Shown piece by piece: positions 40,437 through 50,537 of a DNA stretch of 64,000 nucleotides; within the stretch, counting starts at the first letter, position 1; each line of letters starts with the position of its first letter. The stretch is taken from NCBI GenBank assembly GCA_037441425.1, contig JBBISF010000004.1, forward strand, positions 10,215-74,214. Reading direction: 5' to 3'. The notes under the pieces were generated by a model. The model saw only the letters and a program-made list of their open reading frames with translations. It did no database searches and was not told where the DNA came from. This DNA is from Verrucomicrobiia bacterium (GTDB lineage: Bacteria; Verrucomicrobiota; Verrucomicrobiia; Palsa-1439). The position numbers and the translations under genes are program-made.

Positions 40437-41665
40437 ACAACCCGCGGCTCCGGAACGGGGATGATGAACTTGCCGCCGCGTTGTCGGTAGGCGGCTTGTT
40501 GCTGAAGAATCTCGTCGGCAAAGTTCCACGTGAGCAACAGGGTGTGGTCCGGCATCTGCGCCAACAACTGATCGGGGGCGAGGATGGGGATCCGGACACC
40601 CGGCATGTAACGGCCCTGTTTGTGTGGGCTGCGATCCACGACGAACTCGATGGTTTCGCGGCTGATGCCGCAGTAGTTGAGGAGCGTGCTGCCTTTGGCG
40701 GCGGCGCCGTAGGCGGCCAGCCGTTTGCCTTGGTGGCGGAGATCGGCGAGAAACCGGACGAGTTGGGCGCGGAGTTGTTCCACCCGGCGGGCGAAGTCGG
40801 CGAGGGAGTCCAGTCGGTTCACACGCCAAGCCGTTTCCTCGCGCAACAGGAGCGGGACGGATTCCCGGGTGCGTTGGTGGGATTCGCTGTGGACGAATTG
40901 GACGCGAAGTGAACCGCCGTGAATAGGGAGGCGTTCCACATCCAGCAGACGTAATCCGTGGCGCTGGGATAACCGGTCGAGCGCCGTCAGGGAGAAATAG
41001 CAGAGGTGTTCGTGGTAGATGGTGTCGAATTCAACGCGGTCAATGAGGTCTTTGAGGTAGGGAACTTCAAACTGGGCGACGCCTTCGTCTTTGAGCAGGA
41101 GCGCGACACCGCGCATGAGACCGTTGAGGTCGGCGACGTGGGCGAGCACGTTGTTGCCGATGATGACATCGGCCTGCCGGCGTTCGTTGCGCAGCTTGCG
41201 GGCGAGCGGTTCGCCAAAGAATTCGGCCAGGGTGGGGACGCCGCGTTCGGTCGCGACTTGGGCGATGTTGGTGGCCGGCTCAATGCCGAGCACGGGGATA
41301 CCGGCCGCGACAAAATTCTTCAGCAAGTAGCCGTCGTTGCTGGCGATTTCGATGACGAGGCTTTGAGGAGTCAGTTGCCGGGTGGCGATGAGTTTGGCGG
41401 CGCTGTCTTGGGCGTGCGCCAACATGGCGGCGGACGTGGAGGAGAAATAGAGGTATTCGCGAAACAGGATTTCCGGCGGCACGATCTCGGTGATTTGGAC
41501 AAGCGTGCAGTCGGGGCAAAACGCGAGGTCGAGAGGATAAACCGGCTCCGGGCGCGTCAGTTGGGCGGGGGTGAGATAGGAATTGGCGAGCGGCGTTTTG
41601 CCGAGTGACAGAACAACTTGTAGATTCTGTTTGCCGCAGGAACGACAGGTGTGACCGGTGGTCAT
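40433..41665 (-). CDS. NDP-hexose C-methyltransferase (TylC3-like: zinc-ribbon + class I MTase + C-methyltransferase C-terminal domain)
   Basis: CRSCG...CPDC zinc-binding N-domain, SAM-binding core, ~410 aa. ATGA overlaps on both sides. Confidence 0.7.
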   Translation of the reverse strand: MTTGHTCRSCGKQNLQVVLSLGKTPLANSYLTPAQLTRPEPVYPLDLAFCPDCTLVQITEIVPPEILFREYLYFSSTSAAMLAHAQDSAAKLIATRQLTPQSLVIEIASNDGYLLKNFVAAGIPVLGIEPATNIAQVATERGVPTLAEFFGEPLARKLRNERRQADVIIGNNVLAHVADLNGLMRGVALLLKDEGVAQFEVPYLKDLIDRVEFDTIYHEHLCYFSLTALDRLSQRHGLRLLDVERLPIHGGSLRVQFVHSESHQRTRESVPLLLREETAWRVNRLDSLADFARRVEQLRAQLVRFLADLRHQGKRLAAYGAAAKGSTLLNYCGISRETIEFVVDRSPHKQGRYMPGVRIPILAPDQLLAQMPDHTLLLTWNFADEILQQQAAYRQRGGKFIIPVPEPRVV

Positions 41666-42642
41666 GCGGTCGTCCCCAAGAACTGCCGGTACCAATCAAT
41701 CGTGCGCCGCAATCCGTCGTCGAGGGTGAACAATGGTTTCCAGTCGAGCACCCGGCGCGCCTTCGCCGCGCTGAGGTATTGCTGGCGGATTTCATGGATC
41801 GCTTCGTTGCGAACCTCCGGCTGAAGCGGGGAATTCATCAGGCCGAGGATGCGTTTCACGAGGTCCAGCACGGTGATCTGGATTTCGTTGGAGAAGTTGA
41901 ATGCCTGGCCGCGGAGCTTCGGGTTCTCGCCCAATTGTTCGGCCAACAACATATAGGCCGCCGCGCCGTCCTCGATGTAGAAGTAGTCGCGCACGAACTG
42001 ACCATCGGAGCGGATGAGGGGGCGTTCGCCGCGCAACACCGAGCGGATGGTGCCGGGTACAATGCGGTTCCAATTGAGATCGCCGCCGCCGAAGAAGTTC
42101 CCGCAGCGTGTGACGGCTACCGGCAAGTTGTAGGTAACGGCGTACGCCTGGGCGATGAGATCGCTGCAGGACTTGCTCACGTCGTAGGGATGCCGGCCTT
42201 GCAACGGCGTGTTCTCATCGTAGGGAAGTTTTTCCTGATCGCCATACGCTTTGTCGGATGACGCAAGCACGATCTGTTGGACGGTCGGGCTGCGCCGGCA
42301 AGCCTCCAGCAGCGACCATGTGCCGCCGATGTTGGTTTCAAAGGTGGAGACCGGATTGCGGTTGGCAATGGTGACGATTGTCTGCGCCGCGAGATGGATG
42401 ACCGTGGCGATTTCATATTCGCCAAGGATGCGTTCCAACAAGGTCTGATCCGTGATGTCGCCCCGGACGGTTTTCACTTGGTGAATGAGACCGGAGCGGA
42501 CGAGTTCGCTCTGCGGCACCCAGTCCCGGACGAGACAGACGACATCGGCACCGGCTTTCTGGAGGCGCGGTACGAGCCAACTCCCGACGAGACCGGTGGC
42601 ACCGGTGACAAACGTAGGACGATCACGCCAGAAGTTGTTCAT
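41662..42642 (-). CDS. rfbG: CDP-glucose 4,6-dehydratase
   Basis: [23 protein letters not shown] is a characteristic RfbG N-terminus. SDR-extended fold with YDVSK catalytic motif. Confidence 0.8.
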   Translation of the reverse strand: MNNFWRDRPTFVTGATGLVGSWLVPRLQKAGADVVCLVRDWVPQSELVRSGLIHQVKTVRGDITDQTLLERILGEYEIATVIHLAAQTIVTIANRNPVSTFETNIGGTWSLLEACRRSPTVQQIVLASSDKAYGDQEKLPYDENTPLQGRHPYDVSKSCSDLIAQAYAVTYNLPVAVTRCGNFFGGGDLNWNRIVPGTIRSVLRGERPLIRSDGQFVRDYFYIEDGAAAYMLLAEQLGENPKLRGQAFNFSNEIQITVLDLVKRILGLMNSPLQPEVRNEAIHEIRQQYLSAAKARRVLDWKPLFTLDDGLRRTIDWYRQFLGTTA

Positions 42643-42645
42643 GGT

Positions 42646-43416
42646 TCAGCTCCACACCTTCCACGGGGCTTGGCTGCTTTGCCAGAGTGATTCGAGCGTC
42701 CGGGTGTCGCGCAACGTGTCCATGCACTGCCAGAAGTCATTGTGCCGGTAGGCGACGAGTTGCCGGTCGGCAGCCAATTTTTCCAACGGCTCGCGTTCAA
42801 AGACGGTCTGATCGCCGGCAATGTAGTCGAGCACTTGGGGTTCGAGGACGAAGTAACCACCGTTGATCCAGCCTTCGCCGATCTGCGGTTTTTCGGTGAA
42901 CTCTTTGACGAAATCGCCGTCGAATGTCAGCCCGCCAAACCGGGCGGGTGGCCGGACGGCGGTAATGGTCGCAAGTTTGCCGTGGCGACGATGGAATTCG
43001 AATAACCGGCGGAGATCAACGTTGGTCACGCCGTCGCCATAGGTCATGAGGAACGTTTCCTTACCGAGCAAACCGGCGAGACATTTGAGGCGGCCACCGG
43101 TTTGGGTTTGGTCGCCGGTATCCAGCAGGTGCACGAGCCAGTCTTCGCGTTCCTGAGCGTGCGTTTCCACGCGGCCTTTGCCGAGGTGGACAGTGAGATT
43201 ACTCTCCAGTTGATAGGACTCAATAAAGTAGCGTTTGATATGTTCGCCCTTATAGCCGAGCGCGAGAGCAAACTCTTTGAATCCGTGGTGGGCGTAGCTT
43301 TTCATGATATGCCACAGGATCGGCCGACCGCCGATCTCCACCATGGGTTTGGGTTTGATTTCGGTCTGTTCGGCCAAGCGCGTACCCAACCCACCGCATA
43401 GAATGACGACCTTCAT
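42646..43416 (-). CDS. rfbF: Glucose-1-phosphate cytidylyltransferase
   Basis: MKVVILCGGLGTRL...KPKPMVEIGGRPILWHIM. ~257 aa from ATG 43416. Confidence 0.85.
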   Translation of the reverse strand: MKVVILCGGLGTRLAEQTEIKPKPMVEIGGRPILWHIMKSYAHHGFKEFALALGYKGEHIKRYFIESYQLESNLTVHLGKGRVETHAQEREDWLVHLLDTGDQTQTGGRLKCLAGLLGKETFLMTYGDGVTNVDLRRLFEFHRRHGKLATITAVRPPARFGGLTFDGDFVKEFTEKPQIGEGWINGGYFVLEPQVLDYIAGDQTVFEREPLEKLAADRQLVAYRHNDFWQCMDTLRDTRTLESLWQSSQAPWKVWS

Positions 43417-43560
43417 TGGCAAATTAAGAAAGCCGGAGGCGCGGCGTCTTTGTTGATGTGGGTGCCACAACGAAGTTGGTAACCAGTTCTCACGGTTTTG
43501 CCAGCAGGTTTCTAGCATTCGGCTGGCGCTCGGTCAAGAATGGGACGCTTTACGATTTAA

Positions 43561-43651
43561 TTTTGATGTAGGGACAATGCTCTGCATCAAAATCTCTGTT
43601 TGTGATGTCCCGCGTCGACCAAGGTTTGGAGGTTTGACGCGCGTTGGTCGA
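43561..43651. promoter_or_regulatory. Two 8-bp inverted repeats plus a GTTTGGAG triple direct repeat in the divergent rfbF/lipoprotein control region
   Basis: TTTTGATG-N16-CATCAAAA and TCGACCAA-N21-TTGGTCGA. The region is lower in GC than the flanks. Confidence 0.25.
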
Positions 43652-43806
43652 GTTTGGAGCCTTTTTTGTAATTCTCCTCTGAACAGGTTCCAGGTAACGA
43701 GGTCAAGTCAAGGAAGGATCTGCCGATTTGTCTTTACAGGCACCGAGGGAGGATTTATCGGTCGGCCCGGTGGAGAGCCGTAATCCAACCCAGAGGAACA
43801 ATCATC

Positions 43807-44307
43807 ATGACTAATGGCTCTAAAGTTTTTAATTGTGTCTGCATCCTGTCACTGAGCCTAGCATTGACTGGATGTCAGACAATCCGTAGCCCCGGCACAG
43901 CAAGCCAGTTTGCGGACAGCGTTAGGGAGACTCCCGTAGACGTGGTACGGGCCCATCTGTTGGCGATGCACGATCCGACGGTGTTTGAGTCGCTCGCCGC
44001 GCCGGTGGTGGGCATCTCAGGCGGTGAAGGTGCGGATCGTATTTGGTATCGCAACGCCGAGTTTACGGTCCGGCAACGTCAGGAAAATCCCGCGCCGCCG
44101 CACCGAGTGATCGACTTGCAGACACACTTCCTTGATAAGGCGCTGGCTGCCGTCATCGCGAGGTATACCACGGCGGATCGTTCGGTGACCTGTCGGGCTA
44201 TCTATACGCTCTCGCGTGAAAGTGGCGAATGGCGAATCGTGTCCCTTGTGTTTGAGACGCAGCTCACTCAGTTCCTCCACCGGGACCAATGCCGCGCGCG
44301 CGATTAA
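43807..44307 (+). CDS. Lipoprotein, hypothetical
   Basis: ATG after GAGGAACAATC. Lipobox LALTGC. Confidence 0.5.
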   Translation: MTNGSKVFNCVCILSLSLALTGCQTIRSPGTASQFADSVRETPVDVVRAHLLAMHDPTVFESLAAPVVGISGGEGADRIWYRNAEFTVRQRQENPAPPHRVIDLQTHFLDKALAAVIARYTTADRSVTCRAIYTLSRESGEWRIVSLVFETQLTQFLHRDQCRARD

Positions 44308-44428
44308 TGCCTTGGGATGGGGCTGGGGAGACAGGAGGATTTCTATAGGGCCAAAACAAACAAAACTACCCGGCGAATTAGGGCGCTTTGCGGTTGAATT
44401 TTGAACGAAGGGCAACTAACTTGCGCGC

Positions 44429-45097
44429 GTGTCCAGCATCCTCACAACAGCAACTTTGCAGGTGCGGGTCCTTGAGGTGCGCCCGCTGACCGAAGCGACC
44501 TATGTGCTGCGATTGGAACGGCAGGGTGTGGCGTTTCGGGCCGGGCAATCCATCACGCTGGGTGTCAGCCGGATGCGAGTCAATCGCGAATACACAATTT
44601 ATTCGGGGGAACAGGACGATTACATCGACGTGCTGATCCGAGAGATTCAAGGCGGCACGGTTTCAGTAGCCTTACGCCGCTGTCCCCCGGGTGAACTGCT
44701 GGAGTGCAACGGCCCGTTCGGTTCATTTGTCATTCCAGAGCCATCAGATCGGTTGCGAAAATACCTTTTTATCGCTTCCGGCACTGGCATTGCCCCATAC
44801 CATTCAATGGTCCGGACCCATCCTGAGCTTGATTACCGGATCATCCACGGGATTCGCAATGCGCGGGAACAGTATGACCTTGCGGACTACGACCATGCCC
44901 GTTATGTCGCTTGTGTGACCGGTGAACCCGGTGGCGATTTTTCCGGGCGCGTCACCGCCTATCTCCACCAACACCCGGTCGATCCCGGCAGCCACTGCTA
45001 TTTGTGCGGCAACGGTCGCATGTTGACGGCCGGCTACGAACTGCTCCGCGAACAAGGCGTGCCCAGCGACCAGATTCATCTGGAGGCGTTTTTCTGA
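44429..45097 (+). CDS. Ferredoxin-NADP reductase-like FAD/NAD(P)-binding oxidoreductase
   Basis: REYTIYS (RxYS FAD motif), FIASGTGIAP NAD(P) motif. 222 aa. GTG start. Confidence 0.65.
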   Translation: MSSILTTATLQVRVLEVRPLTEATYVLRLERQGVAFRAGQSITLGVSRMRVNREYTIYSGEQDDYIDVLIREIQGGTVSVALRRCPPGELLECNGPFGSFVIPEPSDRLRKYLFIASGTGIAPYHSMVRTHPELDYRIIHGIRNAREQYDLADYDHARYVACVTGEPGGDFSGRVTAYLHQHPVDPGSHCYLCGNGRMLTAGYELLREQGVPSDQIHLEAFF

Positions 45098-46653
45098 TGC
45101 GCGTGGCCATTTCGTATCCGCCGATAGTTAACGAGCTGGGCCAGAAGGCCATGGTCTCGCAGAACCGCAACGTCCAGTATTTCAAGACGCCGACGTATCT
45201 GTTGCCGGTGGTGCATGCGCAAGCGGCCACCTGGTTGCGTGATCTCGGTCACGAGGTGTACTGGGACGACGGCAATGCTCAATTGAAAACCTTTGCGCAG
45301 TGGTACCGCGATTTGCTGGCATGGCAACCGGACCTAGTGGTGTTCGAGAGCACAACCCCGGTCATGAAGTTTTACTGGCGGCTGATCCAGCGGCTCAAAC
45401 AAGACCGACCGGATATCATGATCGTTATGACCGGCTATCACTCGATGCGGATGCCGTTCGAGACGATGAACAAGTGTCCTGTGGACATTGTCTTGCGCAG
45501 TAATCACGTCGATTTCGTGCTCAGCAAATTGGTGCCGTTTATTACCACGCACCCGGACTGGCGCACCACCTGCGCTCTTGAAGGATTGTTTATTCGCACG
45601 GCCAACGGTGAGCAACGGCAGACCGGCAGTTTCAAGCAGATTGAGCCGCTCGACAATTCGCCTGATGTGGATCGTGACCTGGTCCAATGGCAGCGGTACG
45701 CGTACGAGAACGGCAATTTTCTGCGAACGCCCGGCACCTACGCCACGAGCGTTGTCCGCGATTGCACATTCGGTAAGTGCACCTTCTGCCGCTATAACGG
45801 TCCTGATCTTACGTTTTCGATGCGATCGGTCCAGCGCAGTCTCGACGAATACCAGCGACTCATCGAGCAATACGGCGTCCGCGAAATCTTTGATGATTCT
45901 GGCGTGTGGTACCGCGGCAAGGAAGCCCGCGAGTTTTGCGAGGGACTCATCGCCCGCGGGCTGCACCGAAAGGGTTGCTACTTCGGCCTGAACACACGGT
46001 TTGCCTACCTCGATGAGGAAACCATCCAGCTCATGGGCCAGGCGAATTTCCGGTTCGTGTTGCTTGGCTTGGAAGCGTGCGACGACGAGACGCTCAGCCG
46101 GTTGAACAAGGGGTATCAAGTTGTGGACGTTGAACAGAATCTGCGCTGGTTCACCAAGTACGGTCTGCATCCGCACCTGACCGTCATGGTCGGTTACTAT
46201 TGGCAGACGCAGCAACAACTGGATCAGACCGTCCAGACGGTCCGGCAATTTATGTTCCAGGGCCTCGCGCGGACGCTCCAAGTCACCATCTGTACCCCGC
46301 TGGATTTCACCCCTTACCACCAAGAATGCTTGGACCAGGGCGTTCTGCTCACGGACGACTACGACGACTTCGACATGAGCAAAGTCATCGTGAAAACGCC
46401 GATCCCACACGAGCGGCATTACGAGGCCATCCGTCAGATGTACGGGATTGCCTTTCATCCGAAATTTCTCGCACGGCAAATTGCTTTCCTTGCCTCAGGT
46501 CGCATTCGGGATTGGGAATTCTTGTTCACTTACGGTTGGCGAGCTTTACGCCGCGTGCGCCAACACATCTTCAACTTGACTCAGGCCCGCCAACTTCAAA
46601 AACCGGCCAGCGGTGATGCTCACCACGCCGACGAACCCGCGTTGAACTCGTGA
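45097..46653 (+). CDS. B12-binding (class B) radical SAM protein
   Basis: N-terminal cobalamin-binding-like domain. Cys cluster CTFGKCTFC (Cx4Cx2C variant). ~518 aa. TGATG overlap with the reductase gene. Confidence 0.7.
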   Translation: MRVAISYPPIVNELGQKAMVSQNRNVQYFKTPTYLLPVVHAQAATWLRDLGHEVYWDDGNAQLKTFAQWYRDLLAWQPDLVVFESTTPVMKFYWRLIQRLKQDRPDIMIVMTGYHSMRMPFETMNKCPVDIVLRSNHVDFVLSKLVPFITTHPDWRTTCALEGLFIRTANGEQRQTGSFKQIEPLDNSPDVDRDLVQWQRYAYENGNFLRTPGTYATSVVRDCTFGKCTFCRYNGPDLTFSMRSVQRSLDEYQRLIEQYGVREIFDDSGVWYRGKEAREFCEGLIARGLHRKGCYFGLNTRFAYLDEETIQLMGQANFRFVLLGLEACDDETLSRLNKGYQVVDVEQNLRWFTKYGLHPHLTVMVGYYWQTQQQLDQTVQTVRQFMFQGLARTLQVTICTPLDFTPYHQECLDQGVLLTDDYDDFDMSKVIVKTPIPHERHYEAIRQMYGIAFHPKFLARQIAFLASGRIRDWEFLFTYGWRALRRVRQHIFNLTQARQLQKPASGDAHHADEPALNS

Positions 46654-47663
46654 CGTCGTCCGGGGCATCCATCCTCATCGCCCTGCCGGCCGCGACGCGC
46701 TATTTGGACGAGTCCCTCGCCGCGCTCGAGCGCCAGACGGTTCGCGATTTTGAAGTCATCCTCTTGCCGGACGCGCCTTCGGGTCGGTCGTGGCCCGCGT
46801 GGTGCCGGGAAGTCCCCACCGGTCGGCGGCGCCCGGCCGAAAAACGCAATCGGGGTATCGCGGAAGCGCACGGGGCCATCATTGCGTTTCTCGATGACGA
46901 CGCGTGGCCGGTTGACCGGTGGCTGGAAGCGGCGCTGCCGCACTTCAATGATCCCGGCGTTGTCGGCGTCGGTGGTCCCGGCGCGACGCCGGCGCATGAT
47001 CCCTTCTGGGCACAACTCAGCGGGCGGGTATATGAAAATGTACTGGTTTCAGGTGGATACCGGTGTCGGTACCGGGCCGGCTCGGCGCGGGACGTGGACG
47101 ATTGGCCAAGCTGCAATTTCTTTGTGCGCACGGCAGTCGTCCGGCGGCTCCACGGTTTCCGCACCGACTATTGGCCCGGCGAAGACACCTACCTGTGTTT
47201 GGAACTGACGCAGACCCTCCGCCGGCGCATCGTCTATGAACCGCAGGCGCTGGTTTATCATCACCGGCGGGCGCTGTTTCTGCCGCATCTCCGGCAGATC
47301 GGCCGGTACGGACTGCATCGCGGCTATTTTGCCCGGCATTTTCCCAGTACCTCGCGGCGACTGAGTTACCTGATGCCTTCGCTATTGGTGTTGGGATTGG
47401 CGGGGGGCGCACTCGGCAGCGCGTTCCTGCCGGGGCTGCGCGGGCCCTATGTTACCGGGGTGGGATGTTACCTGTTGGCCACACTGGGCGCGGCGGTCTC
47501 GTCACGCCCGCACGTTTGGCTCTTCACCTGGTTCGGCATCATGGCGACGCATGTGGTGTACGGCGTGCGGTTCCTGATGGGGTATTTCTCCACCCGACTG
47601 CCCGGCAGCGTGCAGCGATTTGATCACCCATCAGAAGACGACCCGAATTTCGACCGTAAATAG
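46650..47663 (+). CDS. GT2-family glycosyltransferase with C-terminal membrane anchor
   Basis: ILLPD, FLDDDAWP (DxD), C-terminal TM helices. GTGA overlap with the radical SAM gene. Confidence 0.7.
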   Translation: MTSSGASILIALPAATRYLDESLAALERQTVRDFEVILLPDAPSGRSWPAWCREVPTGRRRPAEKRNRGIAEAHGAIIAFLDDDAWPVDRWLEAALPHFNDPGVVGVGGPGATPAHDPFWAQLSGRVYENVLVSGGYRCRYRAGSARDVDDWPSCNFFVRTAVVRRLHGFRTDYWPGEDTYLCLELTQTLRRRIVYEPQALVYHHRRALFLPHLRQIGRYGLHRGYFARHFPSTSRRLSYLMPSLLVLGLAGGALGSAFLPGLRGPYVTGVGCYLLATLGAAVSSRPHVWLFTWFGIMATHVVYGVRFLMGYFSTRLPGSVQRFDHPSEDDPNFDRK

Positions 47664-48457
47664 ACTATGCCGACGGCGAACCGCAGGCAGTACAACGCCA
47701 GCACGTGGATTGGACGGGAGAGGAAACGCTTCCATTTTCCCTGTTCGAGAAACACTCCAAAGTAACGGTACCAAAGCCCAAATTGTTTCTTAGTAATCGC
47801 GTCGCGCCCCCACTTGGTAAAGTACGTCGCGAAGTTCTGCGCGTAGTAAGCTTTCTTGCGGATGTACCGGCGAAAATCAAACTTGCCTTCGTTGTGCAGT
47901 AGATGTGTGTCGGCCAACGCAAATCGCCCCCTTACAGCCAGTCGCCGGTCGAGATCCCAGTCTTCCGGCCCACACAGGTTGGGGTCATAACCGCCGATCT
48001 CAACGAATGTTGCCCGGTGGATGAAGCGCACGGCGTCAATCGGCGTCGTGTTATAAAACGACCGTTCAAAATTCTGCACGCTGATCCAGAAGCTTGTGCC
48101 CACGATCTTTTCCGGGATGAACGCGGCGATTACATCCGGTACCGCCACGACGGCTAGGCATGCGCGTACTAGCGTTGGCGCAACCATCATGTCGGCGTCG
48201 AGAAACAGCAGAAACTCCCCGGTGGCTTGTGCCGCGCCAAAATTGCGCTGCGCCGAGCGTTCGGGACCGATCTGATAGAAGCGAACACCATATTTGCTAG
48301 CGACGGCAGACGTGTCGTCGGTGGAGAAGTTGTCCACGACGATGATTTCCAGTTGTTCCTGTGGGTAATCCAGAGCGCGAACTGCGGCGAGGCAGTCGTC
48401 GAGAAACCGTCCCGCATTGCGCGTGGGAACAATGATGCCAACCCGCGGTTCAGCCAT
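47624..48457 (-). CDS. GT2-family glycosyltransferase
   Basis: VGIIVPTRNAGRFL, VVDNFSTDDT, LFLDADMM motifs. Confidence 0.7.
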   Translation of the reverse strand: MAEPRVGIIVPTRNAGRFLDDCLAAVRALDYPQEQLEIIVVDNFSTDDTSAVASKYGVRFYQIGPERSAQRNFGAAQATGEFLLFLDADMMVAPTLVRACLAVVAVPDVIAAFIPEKIVGTSFWISVQNFERSFYNTTPIDAVRFIHRATFVEIGGYDPNLCGPEDWDLDRRLAVRGRFALADTHLLHNEGKFDFRRYIRKKAYYAQNFATYFTKWGRDAITKKQFGLWYRYFGVFLEQGKWKRFLSRPIHVLALYCLRFAVGIVYLRSKFGSSSDG

Positions 48458-48484
48458 GAACACAGCGAATACAATCCCGAGGCC

Positions 48485-49732
48485 ATGCTGGCAATCATTT
48501 TATCGCATGGCCTTGGTCGGCCTGCTCTGGTACAAAGTTTATCTATGCACAAAGAGGGGGCGCAGAGCTTGCAAGAAGTGCGTGTGGTGATAGTGCTGCA
48601 CTACTACGCCACGGGGCCCGGTCAGGAACTACATGGGTGGCTGGTTGGAAAGCGAATCGCCGAAGCAGCGCTGTTGGAACACCCGTTCCCTTATTCCGAT
48701 CGCTCGTTCGCCCGTTGGGAGCGCTGCTCTCCTGACGGCAAGCTCGCCGGGCAAAATTTTCCGAGGTGGGTTCGACCCATGTTTCTGCGCTACACGTTGG
48801 ATTTTATCCGCACGCTGCGTCTGGTTCTGCGCGCCGGCGTCCGGTATGACTATTATGTTGGAAATGGTGCGTTTAACACTGCACCCGGTATCATTCTGCG
48901 GTGGCTCGGCAAAGTTCACCACGTGGTTCTCTACACGATTGACTACGCGCCTCAGGCGGGTGGCAATCGCCTCTACGAAATGGCGTACCGGTGGATCGAT
49001 CGTTTTTGTTGCCGGCGAGCGGATGTGATTTGGAATCTATCGCCGCGGATGCAAGAGGCCCGACAGAGAGACGGTTTGCAGGTGCGATTCTGTGCACCGG
49101 TAGTGATCGTGCCCCACGGTACCCATGCGACAGCACTGGCCTGTCTATTGCCTGGAAACCCTGACCCGTTGCGGGTTGCTTTCATGGGGCACGTACAAGA
49201 GAAGTCCGGTTTGCAACTTTTCCTCGAAGTCATGCCGGAGTTAGCGCAGGAACTTCCCGGGTTACGGCTCGAGGTGTTTGGTGATGGCCCTTATCTGCCC
49301 CGATTGCGTGAGCAGGTGATCATGCGAGGGCTCACTTCGTCCGTTGCCTTTCATGGGTTTATTCCAGACCACGTCGAATTGGAACGTCAATTGGCACGTT
49401 GTGGGGTGGGGTTGGCGCTCTACCATCCCGAGACGGCCGGGTTTTCTTGGTTGGCTGATCCCGGTAAACCGAAGGTTTACCTCGCTTGCGGATTGCCGGT
49501 CATCATCACGAATGTTCCGTCCGTTGCCGAGGAAATCGAGCGTCGCAAAGCCGGGATCTCGATCCGGTTCGATGTTGCCGAGCTGCGAATGGCCCTGCAT
49601 GCCGCGATCTGCAACCACGGTATGTACCGAGCCAACGCTTTGGCGATGGCCAAGGAATTCAATTGGGACTGCGTCTTTGATCGAGCCTGGCAGGAGACGC
49701 AGGCACTAGTCAAACGGGAGCAGGAACGATGA
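48485..49732 (+). CDS. GT4-family glycosyltransferase
   Basis: C-terminal Glycos_transf_1-like region (E-x7-E context, GLPVIITNV). Start ATG 48485 after GAGG; alternative 48548. Confidence 0.7.
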   Translation: MLAIILSHGLGRPALVQSLSMHKEGAQSLQEVRVVIVLHYYATGPGQELHGWLVGKRIAEAALLEHPFPYSDRSFARWERCSPDGKLAGQNFPRWVRPMFLRYTLDFIRTLRLVLRAGVRYDYYVGNGAFNTAPGIILRWLGKVHHVVLYTIDYAPQAGGNRLYEMAYRWIDRFCCRRADVIWNLSPRMQEARQRDGLQVRFCAPVVIVPHGTHATALACLLPGNPDPLRVAFMGHVQEKSGLQLFLEVMPELAQELPGLRLEVFGDGPYLPRLREQVIMRGLTSSVAFHGFIPDHVELERQLARCGVGLALYHPETAGFSWLADPGKPKVYLACGLPVIITNVPSVAEEIERRKAGISIRFDVAELRMALHAAICNHGMYRANALAMAKEFNWDCVFDRAWQETQALVKREQER

Positions 49733-50526
49733 AACGAATTGCCCGCTGCTTCGCATTACAAGTTAACGGTTTGTTGCCGTTTCTCTATCCGTTGTGCCAT
49801 GTGGTTCGACGGGGTAATTGGTTCCGTGGCGTGTATCGTTACGGTCGTGACTATCGGCGTTACCGGATGGCAGAGCGCTCCGGCGACCCATTTCCGTTAC
49901 GTTTTTTCAATACCTACCCGCAACTATTTGACCGGTTTGAGCCGGCGGGCAATGTTCCGCGCCACTATTTCCTGCAGGATCTGTGGGCTGCGCAAAAAGT
50001 ATTTGCGTCGCGCGTGCCGGTTCATTACGACATTGGTAGCCGGGTGGATGGCTTTATTGGGCATTGCGCGATATTTTGTCAGGTGGTCATGCTCGACATC
50101 CGTCCCCTCGCACTCAAAGTTCCCAACGTCGAGTTCCATCACGCCGACGCCACGGACATGAGTGATATTCCGAACGGAAGTATTCCTTCGTTGTCTTCGT
50201 TGCATGCCGTCGAACACTTCGGTTTGGGTCGGTACTGCGACCTGGTGGAGCCGGGAGCGCATGAAAAGGCGCTGCGGGAGATGATGAGGGTGTTAGCTCC
50301 AGGCGGTAACCTGTATTTGTCGGTTCCTGTCGGGCGGCAACGTCTGGAGTTTAACGCACATCGGGTATTTGATCCGGTTGGGATTCTCGAACTCTTGCCC
50401 AGCCTGAACCTGCAAGAGTTTTCGGTGATCGATGACGCCGGTGTATTGCGAGAGAACGTGCGGCCCGCAGAATACCGACAAGCCGGATACGCTTGTGGCT
50501 TGTTCTGGTTCTGCAAGTCTGTGTAA
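49729..50526 (+). CDS. SAM-dependent methyltransferase (DUF268-like)
   Basis: SLSSLHAVEHFGLGRY motif. ATGA overlap with the GT4 gene. Confidence 0.55.
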   Translation: MKRIARCFALQVNGLLPFLYPLCHVVRRGNWFRGVYRYGRDYRRYRMAERSGDPFPLRFFNTYPQLFDRFEPAGNVPRHYFLQDLWAAQKVFASRVPVHYDIGSRVDGFIGHCAIFCQVVMLDIRPLALKVPNVEFHHADATDMSDIPNGSIPSLSSLHAVEHFGLGRYCDLVEPGAHEKALREMMRVLAPGGNLYLSVPVGRQRLEFNAHRVFDPVGILELLPSLNLQEFSVIDDAGVLRENVRPAEYRQAGYACGLFWFCKSV

Positions 50527-50537
50527 GTTGCGAATAA

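Noticed and set aside
39927-40829. 300-aa version of the RmlC-like ORF with Arg/Pro-rich N-terminus
   Set aside because: The upstream 131 codons overlap the C-methyltransferase gene in another frame and look non-protein-like. The RmlC homology begins exactly at MKFHTT with an ATGA overlap to the upstream stop.
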